From Lophium mytilinum (lineage: Eukaryota), in the NCBI GenBank assembly GCA_010093605.1, contig MU004182.1, positions 1,149,032 to 1,213,031 on the forward strand: 64,000 nt of DNA. Reading direction: 5' to 3'. Every line of letters begins with the position of its first letter. The stretch's first letter is position 1. Positions 23,021 to 36,558 of the stretch are shown here, in pieces. The notes under the pieces were generated by a model, which worked only from the letters and a program-made list of their open reading frames with translations, ran no database searches and was not told the DNA's origin. A program made the translations under genes and the position numbers.

Positions 23021-26000
23021 CATCAAATCCAATACGCAAAAGCTCCAGCCGTGGGGAGGGAGGTGGTGGGCGAGGAGGAGGTGAAGAAGGAGAGGATGAG
23101 AGCAGGCGAAAGGTGAGGTTCGAAACGACACGGCCAGCATCAGAGCCTTGGAGGATGCAGCACGGCACTAATCCGCATCGGCGTCTCGTCCACTTCCCTG
23201 CTCTCACGCCGCGACAGCCAATCCCCGGAGCGCAGCGGACGCCCGACGTGGTGGATCGCTGCCCTTTGCTTTTGAGCCTTTGGCCTCAGCCAAGCCAGGA
23301 ACACCCAGCTCGCGCCGCCCGCAGAGCGATCCACGGCCGCCGCGAGCATCGCCGTGAGCTCCTTTGCGGCCGCCCCGCCGCCGCTGCTGCTGGAGGTATT
23401 GAGGCAGCTCGCAAGCCTCTGCTCGCGGCCTCATTTTCCTCCACCGCCAGCTGCTGCTGTCTCGGTGACGTCGCACTACACGGCGCGCAAATACATCGAC
23501 CGCACGCCCGCGTCCCATCGTGTCGTCAACCGCACCCATGCTGTCCGCGGCGTGGGCCCGCGACGGCTGAAGGTGCCAGCATCGTCGCCGTCTGCGGCGT
23601 GACTGGCCCTAGAGCGCGCCCGTCGTGCTCGAATCAGCGTGGCCCAGCCTCCGGTCAGCCTGAAGCCAGCGCATGCAGCTACACAAGGTTGCAGCTCTCA
23701 CGCAGCGAACCCACCATCGCCGTCCAATCTGCTCCGCTGGCCACCGCGAAACATCAGGACGTCTCCCCTGCCCGCTGCTGCACTGGCTGCCCCTTCAGGC
23801 CGTGGTGCCGTCCAGCCCCCAATCCTCACCCACCGCGCAGGCCACTCACTACTGCGGCCGCCCTGGAGCCCTGACGCTCATGTCCTGGAGCCCTGGAGCC
23901 CCAGATGCCTGCCGGCCCTGCTGGTGTGCTGGGGGTCGCCCGAGCTACTCCAGCCCGGGGGCCTCCTGAATATCGTGATATTTGATGGCTTGCCAGGCGC
24001 TTCCCCCATCAACGGCGTGGCCACGGCGAGAAAGGGGACACGGCTGCTATCTCAAGCCAAATGGGCAAACTGATACGCTTACGACTCCACGCTGTTTGCC
24101 CCCGCGCGCTGGACGCCGTCTGCCCCGGCGTCCCGCCTTGTGCTGCCAGACTGTTTGAGGGCGGAGCTCTAGCCGGATGAATTGCGTGCATGTAGTACTA
24201 TAGCGGAAACTGTCACAGTGACGGCGGTGGAGCCTCTGTCTCGCTACCAGAAACCGCACGGCGTACCGTCGAATGGAGCCGTCCCTTGCGTTAACGGTCC
24301 CAGCGCATGGGATCATCGTACAAGCCACTTCCACTCATTGCTGAGGCATCCTGCCCTGTGGAGCACGGCGGAACGGCCTCCTTAAACACAGCAGCGGGGG
24401 TCCTCTTCCGCTCTAATTTTGCAGGCGGCCTTTCAACGCGTCTGCCTCCAGCTTTTTGACATGTTGCGAGCATGTGGTGTGGCGAGTGCCAGGGGTTCGT
24501 GTCTATTTCGCTCCACCGCCGCCCGTATCCCCCTCCGCCACCACTAGATGCCCTTCCCAGCTGGAGACTTGCATCACTCATTGCGGGGTCAGACGCGATG
24601 GTGCTTATGATGGCAGACGCGGTGCTCTTAGGCCCCAGACGTCGGAAGTAGGACGTTGAGGCCGGACCAAGCATCCCCTCTGTGAGTGCCAACTCCACCT
24701 GATACAGCACTTCCTCCAAAACATGCCCACACAGTTGGCTTGACCGACACAGTCACGCGGCGAGCCGCCACGAGCACGTCAATTCCGTTTCTTGCCTTGA
24801 TACTGCAGCCATCTGACGATTATGCAGGAGGCAGGTACATATCTGGAAAATCTGCGATCATCATCTTGCAGACTGCCCCGATCGGGCCGTGATTCGTTCT
24901 AGATGGCCACTCTATTCCTGCAGACTCGGCTCTCTAGCTGAGGTGGCTGGCTGGGGTTCCGTGATTGTAAGACGCACCGGTCGTCCCTAGCGCGATCTCT
25001 CACTCTCTTGTAGGCGCCAATGGCGAACCGCGAACACTATCAAACTGTTGCATGGCATTTCCCTGATTCCGAGGCTGCTCATGCAAGCTATGGGCCGACT
25101 TCCGGGCTTGCGGGAACCAGATGCTCGCTTCTCTCACGCGTTTGATACCGACTCAATATTGCACTGGCCATTACAAATTCCGTCGCGAACATGTCGCGGT
25201 GCACGCGACGACGCGACGAAGTCGTCCACGTTTTCTAATTGACATGACACTATTTCCGAGTCAGCCCGCATATCTTCTAGAAGCCTTACCTTTACGAATG
25301 CTTCCTCCCGGCCGTGACCCACCTTCATCATGCAGTACAGCTCCTCCAACTGAGATTTTCTCACTGGCCCACTCCATTATGGAGCTCGTATGAATTGAAA
25401 TCTCTTGACCGCTCAGTCTCATCATGCAGAAACGTTCACCTGGACAGCGAAATTCTCGACTGCCCCCTCTCTACTGTGGAGTACAGCTACGTTGAATTCT
25501 GGACTTGCAAACTATGATATCCAGGCGATCTCATTGGCAGGACTGGTAGCGGAGGAGCCGCTTTGGTGAAGTGCAAGACTAACTCCTTCGCTCTGGCTTC
25601 TCCGCACCGCATCAACGAACCGTTAGCCAACTGTTGGCATTGCTGGCGTTTACAGCTTCGCAGGTTTCTTGCAAGAAGGACCCTGTCCGCATACGCGCGC
25701 TCCTCTTTGGTGCAAAGCACAGCCGTTTTTGGCCTGCGAGTCCCTTGAGTGCTGCCTCCCATGGGGAAGCCTGCTGGCACTTCAATTCCCGGTTTCGTAC
25801 GACACTATCGTCGTGGCTCAGATGTCGATCTATTAAGAGGCTGACGCCCCGCCTACAAATCGTTCCTTCGTGTGATTAGGTTGTGCCTGGATGTTAACGC
25901 CTCATAACCTGGGCTGCAACCCCATCCTGGACGGTAGATCAAGCAGTCAAGACGCCTATCAGCCTCTCAATTCCCGGAATTCGGTAATTTGCAGAGGCAC

Positions 26001-26150
26001 CTAAGTCCATGAGAAGAACATGTAGGATAAACATCAAGCCTTCATGCGGGGAGTGATAGAATACCGCTATCCAGTAGCTAAGTGCAACGGTCGTATCTCC
26101 ATGCATGAGTCCAATAACGACGACGCTTGACACCAACCCCCTCTTATGAC

Positions 26151-26479
26151 GGCCATATTTATGACTTCAGCAGTGGGCCAATACTCCGCACCCAAGAAGC
26201 TGACACTGCGTCCATGCTAGTTTGAGATAAGTGCCCGGAAGTGGCCCAGCAAATTGCCGGCGAATCCCCAGCCTCTCAGACCCAGCCCAGGCTCTGTCGT
26301 AACACAGTTACCAACCCAACTCGGTTTTTGAAACAATTGAAGCATGCTAGCTAATCGAGAGCCATTGGTCTCGCTTCGGCATCAGTGCTGAAGCCAGAGG
26401 ATCACAACAATATGTAAATATCAGCTTTGCAGCGGATATTATTACCTTTCATTTCCCCACTAGGTTAGCGTCATGGCCT
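26151..26479. repeat. Degenerate palindrome upstream of the kinase
   Basis: Inverted pairs GGCCAT/ATGGCC, TCCGC...AAGCTGA/TCAGCTT...GCGGA and CTTCAGCA/TGCTGAAG. Confidence 0.45.
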
Positions 26480-26858
26480 CTGCTTTTAGGTAAGCAAAAT
26501 TACGTGCGGTCAATTTCGGCTCTGCTTGTTCGCACCGCCACTCCTCCCGATGTTCACCTTCTCAAATAGTGCAGCTTCGCTTATATGTGTTTCACTTCTT
26601 CAAGTCTTGTAGATTCGTCGCGATATCCTTCAATGTTGCTCTATACATCCACCCCCCTCCGTGGACTACGCTCGGACCAGAATGTTGGGACACCGTACAT
26701 AGCAGGCGAAAGTCGCCGCGGTTCTCATCACTCAGCTTTAATTAGTCGCACCCAGATCGATATCCTTGAGTGTAAGTCGACGGGTCAAGGGACCAGAGAA
26801 TATACTGGCTATTCATCCAATGCAAGCTGCGACATTTCTGCGCAGGGGCAATAGCTTC

Positions 26859-27975
26859 ATGGCATCTACGAGTGAGTGGACTGGCTCATCGGGACACCTC
26901 TACAAGTTCAAGGAGCTACTCCAAGAAAGGGAACATTTTGGGCGGGTGTGGCTAGCGAGGTTTGTACATCTCTGGGTGCTCTACCGATAAGCTGTACTAA
27001 AACATTGCAGATCCGAAAATAAGGACTTTGTTTTGAAAGATGTTCCTCAAACGTTGTTTTCGAATTTCACCGAGTTGATCCAGCCCCAGCTTCGAGACAG
27101 CCCTTACATACGGCTTCCATGTGACAGCATCCCGAATCAGCGTATATTAGTGTTCAAGTACTTGAACAATGACTTATTAAGCCTCATACGCAGAAGCATT
27201 TCGATGCATGCTCGGAGACAAATCCTCAAAGCAATTTTACGAGGAATAGCCGAGCTGCACAGCCAAGACGTTGTTCATCTAGGCAAGTTGAGTTCAGCAC
27301 TGTGTACAGCTCTAAGCTAAGCGTCTTTCAGACGTGAAACCCGACAACATCATGATCGACTACCACCAAGAGGGCCAAGATCTAAGAATCGAACGCGTTC
27401 ACATCATAGACCTTGAAAACTCCGCCTACTTACCGAAAGGGAGATGCATCAAAGGGATGCTCCCTGGAAACGAAAACTGGCGCAGCCCAGAGGGTCACCT
27501 CAAGGGTGAACTCAACAAACCCACCGACATGTTCTCCTTCGGGGCCGTGGTAACTATATCCCATTTTAGTACTCGTACAGACCTTTGTCGCTGAAACCAT
27601 TAGTGCATCTATGCCATGCTAGGCCGCGTTATCTTTGGCCCTGATGCCGACTTCCAAAAGCACGTCGCGGCGGGCGCACTCCCGGAGATGGTGCGTCTCC
27701 AGCGCCAGATATCCTACTTCCCGGATCGGGACAATTTCAACGGGCTCATTACGCACGTGGGAGACAATGAACTCAGTTGCCAGGTTCTTGGAATGTTGTG
27801 GGATGACCGAGAGGCGGATTATCACTCCTATGAGCCGTTTTCTAGCTGGAAGGACGTCGAAGATTCTTTGTTTCGGGAGGTTGTCGCAGGAATGATGCAG
27901 CTGGATCCCACAAGGCGCATTTCGGCTCAGCAGGCCTTGGATCACGCTTGGTTTCGAGGGTTCGAGTTAGATTAG
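26859..27975 (+). CDS. Atypical protein kinase (DFG replaced by DLE)
   Basis: GRVWLA, FVLKD, VVHLDVKPDN, IIDLEN, NWRSPE, TDMFSFG, RRISAQQALDHAWF. Introns 26960..27010, 27283..27331 (GC-AG) and 27550..27603. The start could instead be 26820. Confidence 0.88.
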
Positions 27976-28045
27976 TAGTTCAAGAGGAGAAGCTGCGTTC
28001 ATGACGAGAAGTATCCCTTGGCCCGTCGTGGCGAAACGCTCAGAC

Positions 28046-28365
28046 TTTCTGTTGAAGACACTGTGTGAAGGGACGGTCTGACACCGTTTGGGGTGGCCCG
28101 CGAGGCTTTTAGTCTTGTTGAAATTGTCCTTTTCCGATCTTTTTGAATGTATTATAGGACCCCAGGCGGTGCTAGGCTAGTGTATCACAAGGCACGTGCT
28201 ATCTAGAATTGCACAGCCACAAGCTCATCTTTACTTACCTAATCATTGAAAACCATCTCAGGTCGGACGCTCATGTTCAAAAGTGGAAATGGAACTTGGC
28301 AAGCCCGGGTTTTCCCCAAGTGGTCGGCGCATACAGACAACCTTCAACATGTTTCATAACAGGAA
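28046..28365. mobile_element. Degenerate foldback/MITE-like element, same family as 36004..36505
   Basis: The left arm 28046-28185 pairs with the right arm 28244-28365 (CTGTT, TGAAGG, GTCTG, TTGGGG, TTTCC, TTTTGAA, GACC blocks). The left arm TGACACCGTTTG..TGGCCCG...GGAC..CA.GCGGTGCTA matches 36010-36104. Confidence 0.7.
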
Positions 28366-28831
28366 CATGTTCGTGAACTGTGTCGTGGGCGTTCATTAGC
28401 TCCGTTTCACGCTCCCAACCAAGTGTCGCACTGTCGCTCTTAAGTCTCTCAAAGCACGTCCATGGAGGGACCATAGTTGCGAGTCAACGCATTGCACGGT
28501 GCAAACCGGTATCACATTAGCTGAAACGGCAGGAAGATGGCGGAAAACTGTCACAAGCGATGAGCGCTCGGATATGAAACGGGGAGAGAAGAGGCGAGGT
28601 CGGCATCCATATTTAGCGCACGGAACCCGCATAAACTATACTCCGTAGCGCCTTAGTACCTTGGCAGATCTAAGAATTTTTGATGTGGAGACGAATTTGA
28701 AGATTGACGCAACACCACGACATTTTCCAGTCATGATACAGCCTCGAATCTAGCGGTCGGCAGGCTTTGCTGACACGCTCGCTCTATACATACGCGCTCG
28801 CGAGCTATCCTCAGCTGCGACTACATAAAAG

Positions 28832-31712
28832 ATGGAGATTCACCGCTCTCGATTCGTCCCATATCCTTCCTCCGCGATCAATGCGCTCGCCTTCTCACAT
28901 ACCACAAAAGACAAGACCAGCGGCGAGGACCCGTCATCTCTGCGATTGGCGATTGGACGAGCAAACGGAAATATCGAGATCTGGAATCCTGGAAAAGGCA
29001 CATGGGTTCAAGAGAAGACATTCAGCGGCGGGAAAGAAAGAAGTGTGGAAGGGCTAGCGTGGATCCAAGAGCCTGAAGAAGAGGGGAAAGATGGCAAAAC
29101 ACTCCCGGGTAGACTGCGTCTATTTAGCATTGGGTATTCTAATAACATCACCGAGTGGAATTTGGCCACTGGTCTTCCCGCGCGAAGCTCTGGAGGGAAC
29201 CACAGTGAAGTTTGGTGTTTCGCTGCGCAACCCCAGTGGGTCGAGCCCAAGAAGAAGTCTAGCGCTGCAAGAGAAGGAGAGTTCAGGGGTCAGAATCTGG
29301 TTGCAGGCTGCGCGGATGGAACTCTAGCTATGATATCGACCGCAGACGAAGATCTCAGGTTTGACAAGCTTATAGCTCGGCCTACGAAGAAGAAGGCGAG
29401 GGTGCTGAGTGTTGCTTTCCAGGACAGAAACCGTGTTGTGGCAGGCTACGCGGACAGCACCATACGGATCTTCGATAGCCGATCAGGAGCGGCTATCCGC
29501 AGCATATCGTTAGGTTCGGGCCCCAAGGGAGGTCCATCGGAGATCCTCGTATGGAAGATAAGATGCCTCACAAATGGCGACATTGTGTCGGGAGATTCGT
29601 TGGGAGAGCTACGTTTCTTCGGCGGAGAAAGCTATTCTCAAATTCAGCGTCTGGCAGGGCACGAAGCGGACATCCTCGACTTTGCTGTCAGTAGCGACGG
29701 CCAGTCCATCTTCACTGGTGGAATGGACCGCCGGACAGCATTATTCAAATGCGACCGGCAGAAGGGGAAGAAAGAAGTTGGCCATGGCTCGTGGGTCAAG
29801 GTCAGCCACAGTAAATTCCACGATCACGATGTCAAAGCTTTGGCGACCTACGACGGGAAGGACCTAAGCGTCGCCGTTTCAGGAGGTACGAATATTCCCG
29901 CCGTTCTTTGTAGCACGTTCTGACTTCTTAGGCATTGACACACAACCGATCCTTGTCCCCATCCGAGAGTTCGGAAAGGAGAACAGTCGATCTCTTCCTT
30001 TCCTACCTCAGGATCCGCCGTTAGCTAGTGCCCCAGGATCGCGTCTCCTGGTAAGCTGGTGGAACTGCGAGATCCGGATCTGGAGAGTCCCAAGGAACAC
30101 AGGAGCTGAGCAACGGCCAAAGCTTGTTGCAAAAATGGCACTTCTCGGTGAAGAACATATCACCTCTGCCGCTATTTCCAAAGACGGACTTGTTTTAGCC
30201 GTCGCCACGGTCGCTAAAGTCAAACTCTTTCAACTCGCATCACACAACACGCCAAAAGGGGAAAAATTCAGTATCTCCAAGTTACATTCCCCTTCTCTCC
30301 CTGGAGCACAATTGGTGCACTTTTCGAGCAATGGCAAATGGCTAGCGATAATCACGCCCACAGCAAAGGTTCACTTAGCACGTTTAGTCTCCGTGGACGA
30401 CTGCACCCAGCAGTGGACGGTTCTCCCTCGCCTCGTCACTCTTGAACGCTTCCCAAGAACGGCCGATCCTAGTGCACTGAACGGACTTTGGGGCAACTAC
30501 TACGACACCATCACCCACGCCGACTTCTCCGACGACGGCACAGTCCTAGCTGCAGGCGATCTCAGTGGTCACATCGATGTGTGGGTCGTTGAAGGCAATG
30601 AGGATCCTACTGCAGCGGCCGTAGATGTTGCCATCGAGGCGTCGTCATCTGTTGATGACGAGGAATCAGGAAGCGAAGACGATCAAAAGAAGCAATCAAT
30701 AGTCATCATGGGACAGCACTGGCGGCAACACCCCAATGCAGTCGCCATCCCGAAGCTCGACTCCGCACCTCTAGTGCTATCGTTCCGACCCGCTTCCTCG
30801 AGCTCGCGGCCCCAACCGAACGGCAATCCAGGCGTCCACGCAACTAGACACAACCCACATCCGCGCTCGCATGAGCTGCCGGGTGGAGAACAACGCTTCA
30901 TAGTTGTGACCGCCAAGCACAGCGTGTACGAGTTCGACCTGCTGAATGGCGGCTACAGCGGGATCTCGGCCTGGTCGAGACGCAACCCGACGTCCCATTT
31001 TCCCATGGCATTCACCGGTAACAAAGACAGGGCGAAGGGCTGCGTGTGGGATATTCATGAAGGAACTGAGCGTGTGTGGCTTTATGGTATCAATTGGCTG
31101 TTCATGCTTGACCTCTCCAAAGACCTCCCGGAACCGGAGACGATGTTGCTACAAAACGGCGCGAATCAAGTCTCTGCGCAGGAACTGTCCAAGAAACGGA
31201 AAAGGAAATCTGGCGAGGAGGGGCCCAGGAAGAAAAGTAGCGGTGCGGGCAGTGCTATCCCTGCTTCGAATGTGCTTAGCTCCGTGGGCAAGTTCACCGG
31301 TGGCAACTCTGACGAATCCCAATGGATCGGCTTGGACGCTGGGCTCACCCCAGATTTTGATGAAGACGAAGAAGATACTCGACTGATGCTGGCCAAAGCA
31401 CGGCGAGGTGTCAAGGCAGACATAGACGGCGAGGAGGAGGACGCCGTATTGGAAAACGGTACCGAGAACCACGTTAATGGCGACGCCGCCGAAGACAAGG
31501 CGCTCTCGAAGGGAAAGAGCAAGAAGCAAGAGGCGGTGAAGGAGCGCGGGCTTCGTGAGTCGTGGTGGCACACGTTCAAGTATCGCCCGATTCTGGGTAT
31601 CGTACCGATTGGAGAGCAGAGTGGGCCGCTGGAGGTGGTCCTCGTCGAACGGCCATCTTGGGATCTGGACCTTCCGCCAAGGCTCGTGGGGAATCATGAA
31701 CGTGCGTTTTAG
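28832..31712 (+). CDS. UTP4: U3 snoRNA-associated protein 4 (WD40; t-UTP/SSU processome)
   Basis: MEIHRSRFVPYPSSAINALAFSH...RLAIGRANGNIEIWNP, SVEGLAW, RLFSIG, HDHDVKAL; C-terminal KYRPILGIVP...LEVVLVERP. Intron 29886..29931. Confidence 0.93.
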
Positions 31713-33721
31713 GGTTTTTCGATAAGTACCCGGGTTAGCGGGAATGCAGAGACGCGCGGTACGTGGTTGGTGTAGGATGACGAATTAAAAGCGCGGTTTG
31801 GCGATCAATTATCTTGTGTCTGCTGGTGTCGGCAAGAACGAAAGGCGTATTCATTTCTTGACTGCCTCGCTATGAACGTGCAAGAAGGGGCTGTAAACAC
31901 TACTACAGAGTGTCCTGGGTTGATATCAGGCATATGGGAGGGGCTGTGGAACTAGGGATAGGATGGATATCGGAAACAGAGACGAGTTGATTTATCCCCC
32001 ATCTTCAACCTCCACGTTTTGTAAAGTGGGGATCTGAGTAGACAAGTACAATGCGGATGGTGTGATAGCGACTTGACTTGAAGATGCCACATCAACGCTT
32101 GAGCAAGGCAGATATGTTGTGCTATGGTAATAGGTGTGGTAAACGTCAGATTGACGCTAGAGCAAATCAGACTAATTGGATATGTCAATAGGCAAGAAAG
32201 ACTATCGTTCAGTCATGCAATTCTCCGAGCGTATTAGAATAGGTGGCAAGAACAACAGTCGTATTCGGCTTCCACGTCGCATTTGCAATATCAGTATTGG
32301 ATCTTCAGAGAAAAGCGTACGTCCTGATACATATGCAGGGAAGCTCCACCTAGATTTTCGGGCCCCGATCTACGTAAGCGCAGACAACCTAATCTTACCG
32401 TGGCACAGTAGGGAACGAACAGCCTTAATGGGCCCGCCGCGTCAGCGCCTCCGGACTCGTGACTACGTACGTTGGCTCTCGAGCGTGAGGATGCAGAACC
32501 TTGGCCAGTCGTCGAGTGAGACAGCAGACGAATAGCCTGATGCAACGCAACACTAGATATACAGACTAATCCGAGAAGCGCTGATTGGCTCGGTGGTGAA
32601 GGCTCTTTCAGGGTCTAGCATGGAGACCCGTGACTTATAGGTACTGAACTACGGTAGGGAAAAGACAATGTCCAGAGCAGGCTGGTAATGGAGGCCTGGA
32701 TGTAGCAGAGGGCGGAGAGGCAGCGGCGATAGCGTGACGAGGCCGTCTTGTATGCTGCTTACGATGCCCCTTCTGCAAATTCGAAGCACGCGTAAGGCTC
32801 ATTTTATTGCTGAGGGCGATGGTAGCAGAGTGGATGCTTGCGTGGCCCAGCAGGACGAGGTCCAAGGCGCTAGTCCTCTCCGGACGTTTTGACGCGCGTG
32901 TCCTCAGCACCCTACGAATCTGTCGCAGACGGACTGCTTGAAAGCAGCCGGCCTGCGCTCTGCAGCTTCATCGTAACGGCTCTGTCTCCCTGATTGTCGT
33001 GCATGCAGCCTCAGGCCCTCGCTGCGCTGTGTTTCCCTGTGCCGTGTTGAGCGCTGCGAACTGGAACGTGAGGATTTGCACCAGATCCCGGAGGCGAAAA
33101 CGCGGCAGTGCCCAGACCCACTCCCAAAATAACAGACTGCCGGAAAGCCTCATCTGCAAGGTGCGTTGGATGCTCTTCTCTGCTGCGTGAAGAGACGGTC
33201 GACCTCGAGCGCCGGGCTGCGATTGCCTGCGTCTCTTATTGCATTGCTGCCCGCTGCAGTAGCAAGGCACCGGCATCCCGCTGGTTCCAAGGTTGCTTGT
33301 TCGGCGTGCCGAAAGACGACTTCGACTGCCGGGCCTTCTCATTGGCTCTTGGTGCTTACGACGACGCCTTTGGGTGTTGCGCGGCCCCGTCACCCAACGA
33401 CTGACACCTCCAGACTATACGCACTCCGCTATTCCTCCTCTCTCTCCTCACCACTCGACATCCATTCTCGACTCGACCGCCATCTTGCCCTTTGCGCTGT
33501 CGCCCTGCGACTCATCAAGACTCGGAGTATTCTGGTTGCTTGCCAACCCGCCCTGCGCCCCGGCCGCTTCATCATCGGGCTGTGCAGCACGCCCGTCGCA
33601 GCCTGCCACCCCGTCAAAGCCGCGACACCACCCACTTCCACACCTCCATCCTTCCTACCAACATCGCACTCGCATCTGGATACAAGACAGCACCCGTTGC
33701 GTTCGATCGCACTCCGACACC

Positions 33722-35129
33722 ATGGCCGACTCCAACGCCACCCAGCGAGGGGCTTCGGCCGCCTCCATCGACAACGACAAGCTGGCCCAGGACCTCACCG
33801 AGCAGTTTCGACAGGTGCTGAGCACGAAGCGCATGACTGAATTGACCAGCCGCTCCGTGAATTCGCGATCCGCATCGCCCGCGCCGCGAGACTTTGGCAC
33901 CCCTCAACCACCGTCCCTGGCTCACAACGCTCCGCCGCCCTCCTACTCGTCGCTACGAAACATACCATTAGTACCCCAACCTCCGCAGGACGCCCGCTCA
34001 ATACGGTTCAAGAACATGCTATACTCATTGTCCAGCCTGCCCGTCCGCTGGGAGAACCCCGGCTTGCTCGACGAAGCCCTGAAGGTCGTGCCACTGGAAA
34101 ACATCTACAATGAAGCAGAAGAAGAGAGCCAGATCCTGCGAGCAGAAGCTGAGAGCTTAGGATCGGGCAAGAAGGCCGCATGGGGATACCAGGACTGCGT
34201 CATCCGAGCGCTTTTGCGATGGTTCAAGCGTTCGTTCTTCACATGGGTCAACAATCCTCCGTGCTCGAGGTGCTACTCTCCAACCATCGCCGTCGGCATG
34301 TCGCCACCACTCCCTGATGAACAAGCACGAGGCGCCAGCCAAGTCGAGCTCTACCAGTGCTCTGTTCAGGGCTGCCAGACATTCGAACGATATCCACGAT
34401 ATAGCGACGCCTTTGTTCTTCTCCAGACTCGCAGGGGCCGGTGCGGAGAATGGGCCAATTGCTTCAGCATGCTCTGCCGTGCTCTTGGCTCAAGAGTCCG
34501 CTGGGTGTGGAACAGTGAAGACCATGTTTGGACGGAGGTCTACTCGGTTCACCGAAAGAGATGGATTCACGTTGACGCTTGTGAAGAAGCGTGGGACAAG
34601 CCACGGCTGTACACCGAAGGTATGTTTCAACCATGTCGCTCGTCATTATCATCTAGACTAGTGCTAACACAACCTTGCAGGCTGGGGTAGAAAGCTCGCA
34701 TACTGCATTGCGTTCTCAGCCGACGGTGCCATGGACGTGACTCGACGATATGTTCGCAACTCCACCAAGCATGCCATTGAGAGGACACGAGCACCAGAGG
34801 CCGTCTTGCTCCACATCATGGACGAGATCCGCGCCAACCGTCGAAGCAATCTCTCCAAGCAGGACAAGTTCCGTCTCGAGGGCGAAGACATGAGGGAGAA
34901 CAGGGAGCTCAGACATTATGTCATATCATCGATCGCCCACGAGGTCTCAAGGATTACCACAGACGACATCCTCAATGGTCGCCCACCCCCACGGCCCGAC
35001 CCGGATGCACAGAAAGCCCTCGAGGGCCGACAGAGCGGCTCCGCAGAGTGGATCCGACGACGCGGGGAAGGCGGCCGTGGCGCACCAAATCAGCAGAACC
35101 CCCACGATCGCGATCAAAATCAACGGTGA
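33722..35129 (+). CDS. PNG1: Peptide:N-glycanase
   Basis: [18 protein letters not shown], two Zn-binding Cys pairs, transglutaminase triad [11 protein letters not shown] / EDHVW / HVDACE. Intron 34620..34680, then [24 protein letters not shown]. Confidence 0.95.
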
Positions 35130-36003
35130 AGCTTCCAAGCTAGCATCGCATCCTTCCCTCTCATTCACTACACCATTTCACCACTGGGTCAAAGATACCC
35201 ATAGAGGATAGGTCCACCATTGGCCTCATCCAAATTCGTCAGCATAGCGCCATGCCGCGACGCCCCACCAGTCGCTCACCTCAATATCATCACATAAGCT
35301 CACTTCCACATTCACCTCAGAGCTACTTGTACGCTAAGCATATTGGTCTCGGGACCGTCTCGATACGGCGCAATGGAGTTTACGGCGAATAGGCAGAGCA
35401 ACCAGCTCTCTGCTTTAACATGTGCGATGTCGCTATTTGGCCGGCGTTTCTCATTTATCCATCTTTGATGGTTCAATATCCAATCTTGTTTAGCATTTTG
35501 TTGCGGGGGGCACCGGTTCGTCATTTAAGATGATACTTTTCATTATATTTTTACCCTTCTACCCGCGGGCCTCCGGGCAGCGCTGTTTATACCACTGGCA
35601 TTGAGTCCGAAGTCTAGCACTTGTCCGGTTTTTGTTTCCTTTGTTACCAAGCAGCAGGGACTAGCAGATATTCAAAGACGAACTGGGGTCTTTGCGGAGT
35701 TCTAACTTTCGTTTGTTCTTTTGCATGGAGGGTGGGGCCGTTTGGGGGCCACGACGACGTGATGGAACCACGGTTGCTTCTTTTGTTTTTTTTGTCTAAT
35801 TTCAGCGACATGGACACGCGGAGATGTCTGGATGTACGTTGGGCGCGGGATGCTGCAAAAGCGAGGGCTGGGAGAGAGGCTAGCATTCAGCTGGCGGTGG
35901 ATGAGATAGAGAAATCAGATGATTTAGCACGTTCATACTCGCTTTCCTGTCTGCCGTGATTGCGTCGTGATACAACCTAATATGCAAAAGGTGGCAAACT
36001 CCA

Positions 36004-36505
36004 ACCGTTTGACACCGTTTGAGCTGGCCCGGAGAACTATAAGGCTTGCCAAAGCTGATAATACATGAGAGCAATGGCATCCTAGGGGACTTCAAGCGGT
36101 GCTAAACAAGCGTACGCAAGTACAGAAATAGTAGGTATATCGCTAATTTTTACTGCCACTTATTTACTACACCGTCTTATGGCTGCACCTGTCTGCCACT
36201 GCTTGGAGTGCTTCAATGCATTTTTAAAGATATAAACGAGATGGAAATGCTTAAATTTAGGCTACATGGAAACCTGGTAAAGCACTCTAAATAGTAGTAG
36301 ATAAGTGCACCTATAGTACTTACTTGGTGAGACAGCGTAAGAGCATGAATTAATAGCCTACATCTCCATGAGGTATATCCACTATTTCTGTGTTTTTATA
36401 CCATTGTTTAACACCGCTTGAGGTCCTCCAATATGCTATTTCTACTCATGAAATACCAGCTTTGGCAAGCCTGAAAGCTTGCTGGGCCACCTTGGAAGGC
36501 GCTGA
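36004..36505. mobile_element. Foldback/MITE-like element with ~130-bp imperfect terminal inverted repeats
   Basis: 36042..36109 versus the reverse complement of 36404..36472: 57/69 identical. Pairing extends inward (ACAGAAATAGT) and outward (TGGCCC). Confidence 0.85.
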
Positions 36506-36558
36506 AGCTCTGCAGCAGTACAAATAAATCTGCAGCGAGGCATAGTAATGTTTTGCAG

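Noticed and set aside
22939..23874. 311-aa plus-strand ORF and overlapping ORFs upstream of the cyclin
   Set aside because: GC-rich promoter-like DNA that is open in several frames, with Arg/Pro/Ala-rich translations and no recognisable motif.
33293..33721. In-frame non-ATG N-terminal extension of PNG1
   Set aside because: Pyrimidine-rich, leader-like sequence. The ATG at 33722 has good context and the extension has no features. Ribosome profiling would be needed to rescue it.
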